Positions 27,203 to 36,068 of a stretch of 60,059 bases of DNA are shown here, in pieces (the stretch's first letter is position 1; the number at the start of each line of letters is the position of its first letter). Position numbers and translations under genes: made by a program. This DNA comes from an uncultured Alphaproteobacteria bacterium (GTDB lineage Bacteria > Pseudomonadota > Alphaproteobacteria > Methylaequorales > Methylaequoraceae). The stretch covers positions 1 through 60,059 of the forward strand of contig CACAXP010000004.1 of the NCBI GenBank assembly GCA_902536485.1. Reading direction: 5' to 3'. The notes under the pieces were generated by a model. The model made no database searches. It saw only the letters and a list, made by a program, of their open reading frames with translations, and was not told the DNA's origin.

Positions 27203-27517
27203 TTGAGTGATATTACCTACATAAATAAAGACCTTTTAATGGAAGGAACATTAGAATCAAAGGAGGGTCAAGTTATAATTGCTGGAACTTTTAAAGGAAA
27301 TGTAACAGCTAAGTCATTAATAATTGAAAATACATGTAAGTTTCACGGAAATATAAACTCCGAACATGTTCGTGTAGAAGGAAATGTTATGGGTGATATC
27401 ACTGCTGATCACTTGGAGGTATCAAATAGCGGGAACGTAGATGGTAAGCTTAAAACTAATTCACTCTCAGTTGATTCTGGAGCACAAATATCTGGTAATG
27501 TATCAAGAATCGCTTAG
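27203..27517 (+). CDS. bactofilin 3
   Basis: TYINKD...GTFKGNV...VEGNVMGDI...LSVDSGAQISG. Confidence 0.9.
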   Translation: MSDITYINKDLLMEGTLESKEGQVIIAGTFKGNVTAKSLIIENTCKFHGNINSEHVRVEGNVMGDITADHLEVSNSGNVDGKLKTNSLSVDSGAQISGNVSRIA

Positions 27518-27769
27518 TCTTTTATCACCCGACTTCTTTTGAGTTTCAACACAATTTTTAAAAAAGTCCATTGCCTTTTCTTCACCATCAATTTTTTGAA
27601 GATTCATTGCAGAAAATCTTCCTGCGGCTAATGAGACAGCCCATAAATCTTTTTTGTTTAGAGCATAATTAAATAACAGAGATTCTATCTCATCCCTAAT
27701 TTTTATATATTTATTTTTCTTATAATTTATATTATTTGGAAACTTAATTATATTATGATTTTTTAACAT
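27503..27769 (-). CDS. hypothetical protein, 88 aa
   Basis: NIIKFP N-terminus, helical LWAVSLAAGRFSAM core; sigma28-like promoter upstream. Confidence 0.7.
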   Translation of the reverse strand: MLKNHNIIKFPNNINYKKNKYIKIRDEIESLLFNYALNKKDLWAVSLAAGRFSAMNLQKIDGEEKAMDFFKNCVETQKKSGDKRLSDS

Positions 27770-27776
27770 AATTGAT

Positions 27777-27803
27777 TTAACGACTGAGGTATTGTAAATT
27801 TTA
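27777..27803 (-). promoter_or_regulatory. sigma28 (FliA)-like promoter
   Basis: Minus strand TAAA-ATTTACAATACCTCA(15 nt)-GTCGTTAA versus consensus TAAA-N15-GCCGATAA. Confidence 0.5.
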
Positions 27804-27847
27804 ATAAATATTATTAATGAACATTCATAATGATAATAATTTAAATA

Positions 27848-28234
27848 ATGACAAAAAAAACAACAAAGAATCTCCCTGTTAAAGCAAAATCTACAGAGTT
27901 AATTACTGTTAACCAGGAAAAAATTAGTCCATTAGATATAACTCAGAAACTTCACCATTTGAAGAGCAGAGCAGATGTAAGAAAATATTTACCCGACATA
28001 CTTGGAAGAGTGCTCGCCAGAATATGGATAGATGCAGGATTCAAAGAAGAGTTTGCAAAGGATCCACAGAAAACGCTCGAATTTAACGGTGTTTATTTAC
28101 CAGAGGATATGTCTATTGAATTTCAAAAGCCGAATTCCGACAGACCAAGAATTGTTGTTTACGAGCAAAGACCGAACTCCAAATTTAAACTAAGGGTTTT
28201 ATATTTACAATTAGTAATGATGGCTGGCAGGTGA
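27848..28234 (+). CDS. NHLP-leader/nitrile-hydratase-alpha-like protein without Cys or core peptide
   Basis: RVLARIWIDAGFKEEFAKDPQKTL...GVYLPEDMSIEF resembles the NHLP leader pattern (AKAWxDxxFKxxLxxxP...GxxLP). Confidence 0.65.
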   Translation: MTKKTTKNLPVKAKSTELITVNQEKISPLDITQKLHHLKSRADVRKYLPDILGRVLARIWIDAGFKEEFAKDPQKTLEFNGVYLPEDMSIEFQKPNSDRPRIVVYEQRPNSKFKLRVLYLQLVMMAGR

Positions 28235-28866
28235 CCTTATTTAGAATAATAATTTGTTTTTTGCTTTTTAACAAAATAAACGCCGGTGAAGTTTTAAGTG
28301 ATGAAGAATTTTATGACAAAGGAGTTTCACTATATGACCAGGGAGCTTTCGACGAATCATTTATTGTTTTTTTTAACCTAGCTGAAAAGGGGCATAACGA
28401 CTCACTTTTCAATTTATCAAATATGTATTATGAAGGTATTGGAACAATTCAAAATTTTAAACAATCATTAAAATATTGCTGGTTATGTGTTCTTAATGGA
28501 AATAAAAGATGTTTAAAAAAAGTTGATCAAATTAAAAGTAAATTAAGCGAAAATGCTATTGAAGAAATAGCCGATGAAATTCCTTCAATTTTAGAAAAAA
28601 ATTTTATTGAATTTAGTAATTCAAAGTCTGCTTTTAAGCTAGGTTTTTGGTTTGAGAATTTTTCTCCAGAAATTGATTATGAACAGTCTTATTTGTGGTA
28701 TTCTGTATCTGTAAGAGGTGGAATTTATAAAGCAATGAAACTAAGAGATAGAGTCGGTAAGGAAATTGAAGCAGAAAAAATTGTCGAACTACAAACTGAA
28801 GCTGAAGAAATTTTTACTAAAAATAAATATTTTAACGAAGGAAAAAAAACGGAAGGTGAAATATGA
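28231..28866 (+). CDS. Sel1-repeat protein (exported)
   Basis: AEKGHNDSLFNLSNMYYEGIG, SYLWYSVS; N-terminal hydrophobic stretch. Confidence 0.85.
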   Translation: MTLFRIIICFLLFNKINAGEVLSDEEFYDKGVSLYDQGAFDESFIVFFNLAEKGHNDSLFNLSNMYYEGIGTIQNFKQSLKYCWLCVLNGNKRCLKKVDQIKSKLSENAIEEIADEIPSILEKNFIEFSNSKSAFKLGFWFENFSPEIDYEQSYLWYSVSVRGGIYKAMKLRDRVGKEIEAEKIVELQTEAEEIFTKNKYFNEGKKTEGEI

Positions 28867-29084
28867 AATTTAAAGTACATTGGATCATTGATGGAATAGC
28901 TGAAATTGAAGGAGAATCAAAAGAAGATGCAGAAAAAAAACTTCAGGAATCCTTAGAGGAATATGTAAAAAATTCTGAAGATCTAATGAATAAATTCATT
29001 GCAAAATCTATTCAAGGCACCGCTTATTTAGAAGGAGAAAAAGATAACGAAAAACAAGATGAAAATGATAAAAAAGAAGAGTAA
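28863..29084 (+). CDS. small acidic hypothetical protein
   Basis: ATGA overlap, RBS GGAAGGTG, MKFKVHW...EIEGESKEDA. Confidence 0.75.
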   Translation: MKFKVHWIIDGIAEIEGESKEDAEKKLQESLEEYVKNSEDLMNKFIAKSIQGTAYLEGEKDNEKQDENDKKEE

Positions 29085-29343
29085 TTTTTTATTACTTCTT
29101 ATTTTTTTTTTACCACTAGAAGTTGACTCTGTAGGTAGAAAATATGAACCAGAAGAGGGTACATTCGACAGAAGAAAAAGAATAGAAATAAGACCTCTTT
29201 GTCGCTTGGTAAAAGAAACAATAGTTCCTGATGATGTAATCTGCGAGTACCAATCTCAAAAGAGAGGAGAGAAAAATAAGGAAATCTACCTAGGTGCACC
29301 TGGAAACACCTGTCAAAAACAAATCGTTTGTCCCAAAAAATGA
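29059..29343 (+). CDS. small secreted 4-Cys protein
   Basis: Signal-peptide-like N-terminus; CRL...CEY...CQKQIVC. Confidence 0.7.
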   Translation: MKMIKKKSNFLLLLIFFLPLEVDSVGRKYEPEEGTFDRRKRIEIRPLCRLVKETIVPDDVICEYQSQKRGEKNKEIYLGAPGNTCQKQIVCPKK

Positions 29344-30266
29344 TAATCTTTAACAAATTAAATTTAAATAGAAATAGAGTTTGGAGGCTTCTAGAACCAG
29401 CAGAAGATAACGATAATTTATCAAAGTTTATTGACATTTTTTTAGTTAACTTAATTTTTTTTAACATATTAATGGTTATTTTAGAAACAGTTGATACTCT
29501 TTATTTCAAATATAAATTGTGGTTTATTTACTTTGAGTTATTTTCCGTAACAATTTTCTCTTTAGAGTATATAAGTAGGTTTTGGTCGTGTGTAGAAAAT
29601 AAGACAAAAAGTGAAACGAATGGAAAGGCTAGGCTAAGATATATTTTTAGTTTTTCAGCCATCATTGATTTAATTGCAATTCTTCCAAGCCTGCTAGCTT
29701 TTTTATTCCCAACAGTAGATCTAAGATTTGTAAGAGCGCTTAGAATTTTTCGATTACTAAAATTTTCAAGATACTCCAACTCAATCAATACATTATTAGT
29801 AGTTTTGTGGGATCAAAGAAAATCCCTAGGTGCAGCATTTTTTATTCTATTTATTGTTTTAATCATATCATCAAGCGGAATGTATATAGTAGAAAAGGAC
29901 ATTCAACCTGATAAATTCGGTAGTATTCCTCAATCTATGTGGTGGTCGATTGTTACTTTAACTACTGTAGGATATGGAGATGTTTATCCAGTTACATCTA
30001 TGGGGAAGTTTTTTGGATCGATTATAATCATACTTGGAATTGGAACTGTAGCTCTTCCATCAGGAATATTAGCCTCAGCATTTACCGAATATACCAGAAG
30101 AAATCAAAAAAAATATGAAGATAAACTTAAGTTTATGTTATCGGATAATATTATTGATGATGAGGAAAGAAAGGAGTTAGACAACTTGTCAGAAAAACTA
30201 AACCTTTCAGATGAAGATATTGCAGCAATTGAAGCTCATTACAAAAATAAAAAAAAGAAGTCTTAA
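29340..30266 (+). CDS. voltage-gated K+ channel (6TM)
   Basis: S4 LRFVRALRIFRLLK, filter TTVGYGD; ATGA overlap with the upstream gene. Confidence 0.95.
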   Translation: MIIFNKLNLNRNRVWRLLEPAEDNDNLSKFIDIFLVNLIFFNILMVILETVDTLYFKYKLWFIYFELFSVTIFSLEYISRFWSCVENKTKSETNGKARLRYIFSFSAIIDLIAILPSLLAFLFPTVDLRFVRALRIFRLLKFSRYSNSINTLLVVLWDQRKSLGAAFFILFIVLIISSSGMYIVEKDIQPDKFGSIPQSMWWSIVTLTTVGYGDVYPVTSMGKFFGSIIIILGIGTVALPSGILASAFTEYTRRNQKKYEDKLKFMLSDNIIDDEERKELDNLSEKLNLSDEDIAAIEAHYKNKKKKS

Positions 30267-33200
30267 CCTACGGCACCGATAAAATGAGATATACCTGTAC
30301 TTACTCGTCTAGCACATTCATAAAGAGCTTCTAACTGTCTAAAAATATTTTTTTCCTCTTTTGAATAATCTATATTCTGCTCACTCAGGTAATTTGACGG
30401 TTCACCAAAGCCAGAATAAGAGGCACTAACTTTTTTAACTGGGAAAATTTTTCTTAAAGTTTCCACTGCATCAAGGACATCAAATCTAATTAATTTAGCA
30501 ATTATTTCATCTCTAGATGTACCAGCTTGATCACTAAATTTTGGTACTCTCACAGATAATAGAAAAATTTCATGGATTATTGATACTCTTATACCATGCA
30601 TAAGTAATAGCTCATCTCTAATTTCCTTTTCAACTACCCTACCTCTTCCAACTGCAATTCTTCCCCTATTTTTTCTCCCTAGTATCCAATTTCTAATCTC
30701 CATGTATTCTTGATGTAAAGTTCTGTACACCTTATTAAATCGCCAATGAACATCAAACTTTTCAAGAAGATTTGCAACTTCTTTCATATTTTCACTTCTA
30801 TTAGAATCTGCTGTTCTTGTAGACCAAGACAACCACATACCAGGATCATAACAGTCAACATAGGCCTTAAGAACCTCAATATCGCTAAAAGCAAAAGCAT
30901 ATTTTATCATATCCATAATTCGTCTAAATCTACTTGATGTTTTGTAGTATTTATTAAATTGCTTAGGATTTTTTCTTAAAAATTTACCAACCCCTCCCAA
31001 CGAATTAGCCAACATGCCTAGTTGCTGCAGAATGTTATTTTGAGGAATAGCTCTTGTTTGACTAGGGTGATAAACAAGAGTTTTTGATGAACCATCAACA
31101 AATCTTTTTACGGCTCTTGAACCTGTAGAATGTGTTAGATTAACACTAAAAACATTAAGTAAAGCTGCATAATTGGGGTCATCCATTATATCAGTATTAA
31201 ATTGTTTAATTGTATTAACAAATTCAATTCCAAAATCTGTGGAGTCGTAAAGTGAATCGTTTAACTCTAAATCATTATTATTAAAACAAAAATCTAATAT
31301 TCTTGCGATTGAAGCAAATGCTAAATCATGATTCATAAAATATTGATAGCCATCTCCCCCCTGAAAACTAATTTCCTGTACTAAATTAATGTTCCATTCC
31401 CTTAATTTTTTTCTTGTAAAAGGGCAGTTAACATAACTCAACCTGTCTAACAGTGAAACAGGGTGACCTCCCCTTCCAATTGACTCACCATGCGTATTGA
31501 AAATTAGAAGTTTTACATTTGGTAAATTATTATCTGATAGAATTTTAGCTATCTTTCTTTGGAGATTTTCGATTGACAAAACCGCTGCTGACTGACCAAG
31601 GTATCTTCCAGCATCAGAATATCCAGTTTGAACACTAAGTTTTTTTCTTTTAATGACATATTTTTTATAATGAACATTTTTTAATAATGATGCAATGACT
31701 TCATGACCTGTTGAAAGCCCTTTTTCTGTTTCAAATAAAGGAGAAATATCAATTTTTTCATCCACACCAAAGAGTTTTGAGAAATATAAAGCTGTCATCA
31801 CAGTCAAAGCATAATCACACTCAGCAATAAGAAATCTTATCGTCTGATTTTCGTCAATATATTTAAACATTTGTTTGATAATCATGAAATAACGTCTAGC
31901 ATTCAAATTTTCTTCAAGTATGCTCCCGAAATTAATTTTAACTGGAGTTACGTTTTCAATTAGTTTTGATATAACTTGAAGGTAAGTCCTTTTGCTTGAG
32001 GGATCATCAGGGTCTCCTTTTAAATCAATCTCTTTCGAAATTGCATTATTTAATTGGTTAGCATTTAATCTAACTTGAGTTCTCCCAAGTCCTAAACCGA
32101 AGTTCTTTACTTCAATTTTTAAAACTATTAAACTTTCTAATAATCTTTGGTAATTTTTGATCTTTTTAAATTTAATAGAAGCAGTAATGTCGTCAATTTT
32201 TTCAATTAATAAATTTTCATTCGTAATTAATTTATTTTTATTCTTAAATAAAAAATTAGAAATATATTTAACATCGTCAACATTATCCAAAAGTTTCGGG
32301 TCAGAAAAATATTTTAGAGTTTTTTTGTTAACTGAAATTGATTCAGAAATTAATTTATGAAAATTATTAACTTTTTTTGAAAGTTCTTTGTCTTTAGAAA
32401 TTTTTAAAATTTCTTTTATACTTTTTTCGTACTCGAAAAGTTGTTCTAACTTAACTTTTAATCTTTTAGAAAAAGTATTACTCCATGAAATATCACCTCT
32501 TCCATCAACATCATAACCAACCCAAGTATGTAATCTAAAAATTTGAGGCATAATCTCAAAATATTCATTAGGAAAAATCTCTTTTGTAACATTTACAACA
32601 ATTTTAAAAAAGCTACCCAGAGCGTATTGAAGGTTCTTCAAAGCAATAATTGATAATTCGTGTTCAAAATCTAAAGATATATTTTTTTCAGGTTTTTGTT
32701 CAGTTTTAAAAATATCCTTAATAATTGACTTTAATTCTGAGTCACTAATCTTTTTTCCTTTTTCGTTCTTATTAGTTGCTAACTTAGCTAAATTAACCAT
32801 AATTTGATGTGTCATTCCAAAAGTAGGGTGAGCCGTAAGTACAATTCCAAAAGTCTCTTTTTGTAATTTTTCATTAAAATCATCAAATGAAATTTTTTGT
32901 TTTTTTTTAAAGGCAAGTGATTTTATAATTTTATGTATTGATTTACTATTTTCCTCTTCACTAACACTTCCCATGTAATCCTTTAAACGATCTGCCCTAA
33001 AGCCAAGAGAACCAACTGCTAATCTTTGGATTAAGGCCTCTAAGGCAGAATAGTTTAATAAATTTTTTTCTAATCTTCTTGAAATATCCAGAGCTAACAT
33101 TGTTATAGAATTTGAAAAAGGATCCTTTTCTGCACCAGATCTAATTTTATCAAGATCTTTTTGTAGTATTTTTCTTAGCATTTGAGTATCGATATCTTTA

Positions 33201-33295
33201 TCAACTGGAAAACAACTCCAAGTTTTTGGAAGAAGAGGTTTTCTGTACAAATCCATCTCTGCGTGAGAGAGTTTTCTTATATTAATACTTGTCAT
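30263..33295 (-). CDS. ppc: phosphoenolpyruvate carboxylase, atypical family
   Basis: VLTAHPT, PLFET, GYSD, SIGRGG, RAIP, with altered variants of other motifs. Confidence 0.8.
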   Translation of the reverse strand: MTSINIRKLSHAEMDLYRKPLLPKTWSCFPVDKDIDTQMLRKILQKDLDKIRSGAEKDPFSNSITMLALDISRRLEKNLLNYSALEALIQRLAVGSLGFRADRLKDYMGSVSEEENSKSIHKIIKSLAFKKKQKISFDDFNEKLQKETFGIVLTAHPTFGMTHQIMVNLAKLATNKNEKGKKISDSELKSIIKDIFKTEQKPEKNISLDFEHELSIIALKNLQYALGSFFKIVVNVTKEIFPNEYFEIMPQIFRLHTWVGYDVDGRGDISWSNTFSKRLKVKLEQLFEYEKSIKEILKISKDKELSKKVNNFHKLISESISVNKKTLKYFSDPKLLDNVDDVKYISNFLFKNKNKLITNENLLIEKIDDITASIKFKKIKNYQRLLESLIVLKIEVKNFGLGLGRTQVRLNANQLNNAISKEIDLKGDPDDPSSKRTYLQVISKLIENVTPVKINFGSILEENLNARRYFMIIKQMFKYIDENQTIRFLIAECDYALTVMTALYFSKLFGVDEKIDISPLFETEKGLSTGHEVIASLLKNVHYKKYVIKRKKLSVQTGYSDAGRYLGQSAAVLSIENLQRKIAKILSDNNLPNVKLLIFNTHGESIGRGGHPVSLLDRLSYVNCPFTRKKLREWNINLVQEISFQGGDGYQYFMNHDLAFASIARILDFCFNNNDLELNDSLYDSTDFGIEFVNTIKQFNTDIMDDPNYAALLNVFSVNLTHSTGSRAVKRFVDGSSKTLVYHPSQTRAIPQNNILQQLGMLANSLGGVGKFLRKNPKQFNKYYKTSSRFRRIMDMIKYAFAFSDIEVLKAYVDCYDPGMWLSWSTRTADSNRSENMKEVANLLEKFDVHWRFNKVYRTLHQEYMEIRNWILGRKNRGRIAVGRGRVVEKEIRDELLLMHGIRVSIIHEIFLLSVRVPKFSDQAGTSRDEIIAKLIRFDVLDAVETLRKIFPVKKVSASYSGFGEPSNYLSEQNIDYSKEEKNIFRQLEALYECARRVSTGISHFIGAVG

Positions 33296-33370
33296 TTTAA
33301 AAAAAATCCTTTAGATAAATGTTTATATCATAGTTTCAATCCTTATGAAGTTTTTTTAAAAATTCGATCT

Positions 33371-34138
33371 ATGGCAATATTAAAAGAAAAAGTCTTAAGT
33401 GTTCACCATTGGACAGACAAAACATTTAGCTTTAAAACCACAAGAAATATGGGGTTTAGATTCAAAAATGGTGAATTTGCAATGATTGGACTAGAAATAG
33501 ATGGAAAACCTCTTTTAAGAGCTTACTCAGTTGTTAGCCCTAATCATGAAGACCACCTAGAATTTTTATCTATAAAAGTTCCAAACGGCCCTCTAACAAG
33601 TAAACTTCAACATATCAAAGTTGGTGATGAAATTTTAATTAATTCAAAACCAACAGGAACATTGGTTTGTGATTATTTACTTCCCGGGAGAAACCTCTTC
33701 ATGTTATCAACAGGTACTGGACTAGCTCCATTCATGAGCATTTCCAGAGATCCTGAAACTTATGAAAAATTTAAAAAAGTAGTACTTGTTCACGGAGTGA
33801 GAACTGCTAAAGAGCTAGCTTATATGGATACTCTAAATAACCTTAATAAAGACGATATATATTCAGAAGTTACCAAAGGAAATTTTATTTATTTTAACAC
33901 TGTTACAAGAGATGAATGGCCACGTAAGGGAAGAATAACCACATGGATAAATGAAAAAAAATTATGGACCGCTCTTCAAATTGAAGAATTTAATCCTGAA
34001 GAAGATAGAATTATGATTTGTGGTTCTGAAGAAATGACATTTGAAATTAAAGGTATATTTGAAAAGCTTGGTTCATTAGAAGGTTCAACAAAAGTTCAAG
34101 GTGGTTTTGTTATTGAAAAAGCTTTTGCAGAGAAATAA
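33371..34138 (+). CDS. fpr: ferredoxin--NADP+ reductase
   Basis: RAYSVVS, GPLTSKL, TGTGLAPF, MICGS, C-terminal EKAFAEK; start at ATG 33371. Confidence 0.95.
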   Translation: MAILKEKVLSVHHWTDKTFSFKTTRNMGFRFKNGEFAMIGLEIDGKPLLRAYSVVSPNHEDHLEFLSIKVPNGPLTSKLQHIKVGDEILINSKPTGTLVCDYLLPGRNLFMLSTGTGLAPFMSISRDPETYEKFKKVVLVHGVRTAKELAYMDTLNNLNKDDIYSEVTKGNFIYFNTVTRDEWPRKGRITTWINEKKLWTALQIEEFNPEEDRIMICGSEEMTFEIKGIFEKLGSLEGSTKVQGGFVIEKAFAEK

Positions 34139-34146
34139 ATCTAGTT

Positions 34147-34782
34147 ATGATAAAGTTAGTATATTTTGACTTCAATTTTTGGCGTGTAGATATTTTAAGA
34201 CTTAGTCTTGGATATTCCAATGTTCCATATGAGTATAAAAGAATAAAAAGACAAGAATGGCCAAAAGAAAAGAAAAAATTTTCCTTTGGACAACTGCCGA
34301 TAATGATTATTAAGGACAAACAATATGCCCACACCCATTCTCTGGCACGATTTTGTGCTCTGGAATCAAAGCTTTATAATAATGACAAGCTTAAGGCAAT
34401 GGTTATTGATCAAGTTTTGGATTGGGCTAATGAAATAACTAACAAAATTACGCCATCAATAAGAGCAGCAATGAGAGATAAGGATTTTGAAAAATCGAAA
34501 AGATTAAGAGAGGAGTTTGTTGAAAATGACCTTTTAGTTTGGTTTTCTTACTTAGAAAAATTTTTTGATCAAAATTCAAAAAAAAAAAAATTCTTCAATG
34601 ATGAATTTAGTATGGCAGATATTATAGCCTGGCGTGTTATATACTGGTTTTATTGTGGTGTGCTTGATAAGATCGATAACAAGTTTTTGGATAAATTTCC
34701 TTTAATTCAAAATTTTTTTAAGCAAATGAATACTTTTAAATCTTTTACTAAACTTGACGAGTATAAAGATATAATTACTTAG
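34147..34782 (+). CDS. glutathione S-transferase family protein
   Basis: KLVYFD, FGQLP, SMADI. Confidence 0.85.
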   Translation: MIKLVYFDFNFWRVDILRLSLGYSNVPYEYKRIKRQEWPKEKKKFSFGQLPIMIIKDKQYAHTHSLARFCALESKLYNNDKLKAMVIDQVLDWANEITNKITPSIRAAMRDKDFEKSKRLREEFVENDLLVWFSYLEKFFDQNSKKKKFFNDEFSMADIIAWRVIYWFYCGVLDKIDNKFLDKFPLIQNFFKQMNTFKSFTKLDEYKDIIT

Positions 34783-36031
34783 ACTTTTGCATTTCTAAAT
34801 CAAAGTTTTTTTTCATCCAAAATAAAACTAAAAGCGCTGGCATCCCCAAGAATGTTGATAAAATAAAGAAATTAGTCCAGCCATAAGATTCAACTAAATA
34901 ACCAGAAGGAGATGATAAAACTGTTCTGGCTAAACCCATGATTGATGACAAAAGGGCATATTGTGTTCCAGTATAGTTTTTATTACATAAAGCAGATAAA
35001 TATGCCACAAAAGCTGCTGATCCTAGGCCACCGGAGAAATTTTCTCCTGCGACAGTTAGATAAAGATAAGAAATTTCTGGTCCAACTAAATTCAATAATA
35101 CATAAAGAAGGTTTGATAAAACTTGAAAAAAACCTGAAACAATTAAGGCATAAATTATACCTAATTTCTTAACCAAATATCCTCCTAAAAACACCCCACA
35201 AATAGTCATTAATACACCAAAAACTTTACTTGCATTTGCAATCTCGATATTTGAAAAGCCTATCTTTACATAAAATGGATTTGCCATTACACCGGCAATT
35301 ACATCACCAAACTTAAAAGAAAATATTAAAATTAAAATTAAAAAAACTTTTATTGCTGAATGACGAAATAAAAACTCGAAAAAGGGCTTTAGTAAATTTT
35401 TTTCATTTCTATTTTTCGACAAATGATCTTTTTTAATAGGAAGGAATAAGATTGATAACCCTAGAAAAAAAATAATAAAACCAACTATCATAAAAACTGT
35501 ATTCCAAGCAAAATAATATTTAAGATAAAGTGACCCAGCACCTGCGAGTATTCCGCCTATTCTATAACCAAACTGTGTAACCGCAGCACCTGCACCTTGA
35601 GAACTATCATCTAATATTTCTATCCTGTAACTGTCAATAACAATGTCTTGTGAGGCTGAAAAAAAAGATACCAACAATGCAAAAAAAGCAGTTAATTCAA
35701 TATTTTTACTCGGATTACTGAAACCTAATAAGAATATAGAAATTATAAGAAAAAACTGAATTACAAAAAGCCAAGACTTTCTGTGACCAACAATTTTATA
35801 CAAAATTGGTATTTTAAAATTATCTATTAAAGGAGCCCATAAAAATTTAATTGTCCATGGGATCTGAGTTAATGCAAATAAACCTATTGTTGATATATCT
35901 ATATTTTCTCTTGTTAACCATATAAATAGAGTAGATAGAGTTAAATAGAGTGGAATACCACTTGAGATACCCATTAAAAAAATTAAAAACTGATTTTTAT
36001 TAAGATATAGGGATGAAAAATTTTGAATCAT
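34775..36031 (-). CDS. ampG: muropeptide permease AmpG
   Basis: GISSGIP, KFLWAPL, SASQDIVIDSYRIE, GTQYALLSS; start probably ATG 36031. Confidence 0.92.
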   Translation of the reverse strand: MIQNFSSLYLNKNQFLIFLMGISSGIPLYLTLSTLFIWLTRENIDISTIGLFALTQIPWTIKFLWAPLIDNFKIPILYKIVGHRKSWLFVIQFFLIISIFLLGFSNPSKNIELTAFFALLVSFFSASQDIVIDSYRIEILDDSSQGAGAAVTQFGYRIGGILAGAGSLYLKYYFAWNTVFMIVGFIIFFLGLSILFLPIKKDHLSKNRNEKNLLKPFFEFLFRHSAIKVFLILILIFSFKFGDVIAGVMANPFYVKIGFSNIEIANASKVFGVLMTICGVFLGGYLVKKLGIIYALIVSGFFQVLSNLLYVLLNLVGPEISYLYLTVAGENFSGGLGSAAFVAYLSALCNKNYTGTQYALLSSIMGLARTVLSSPSGYLVESYGWTNFFILSTFLGMPALLVLFWMKKNFDLEMQKSK

Positions 36032-36068
36032 ATATTGAAATTTTACAATTAATAACAATAATAGTTTA

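Noticed and set aside
28231-28866. MotX assignment for the Sel1 protein
   Set aside because: Only generic Sel1 repeats; no MotX-specific motifs recognised and no motY in the window
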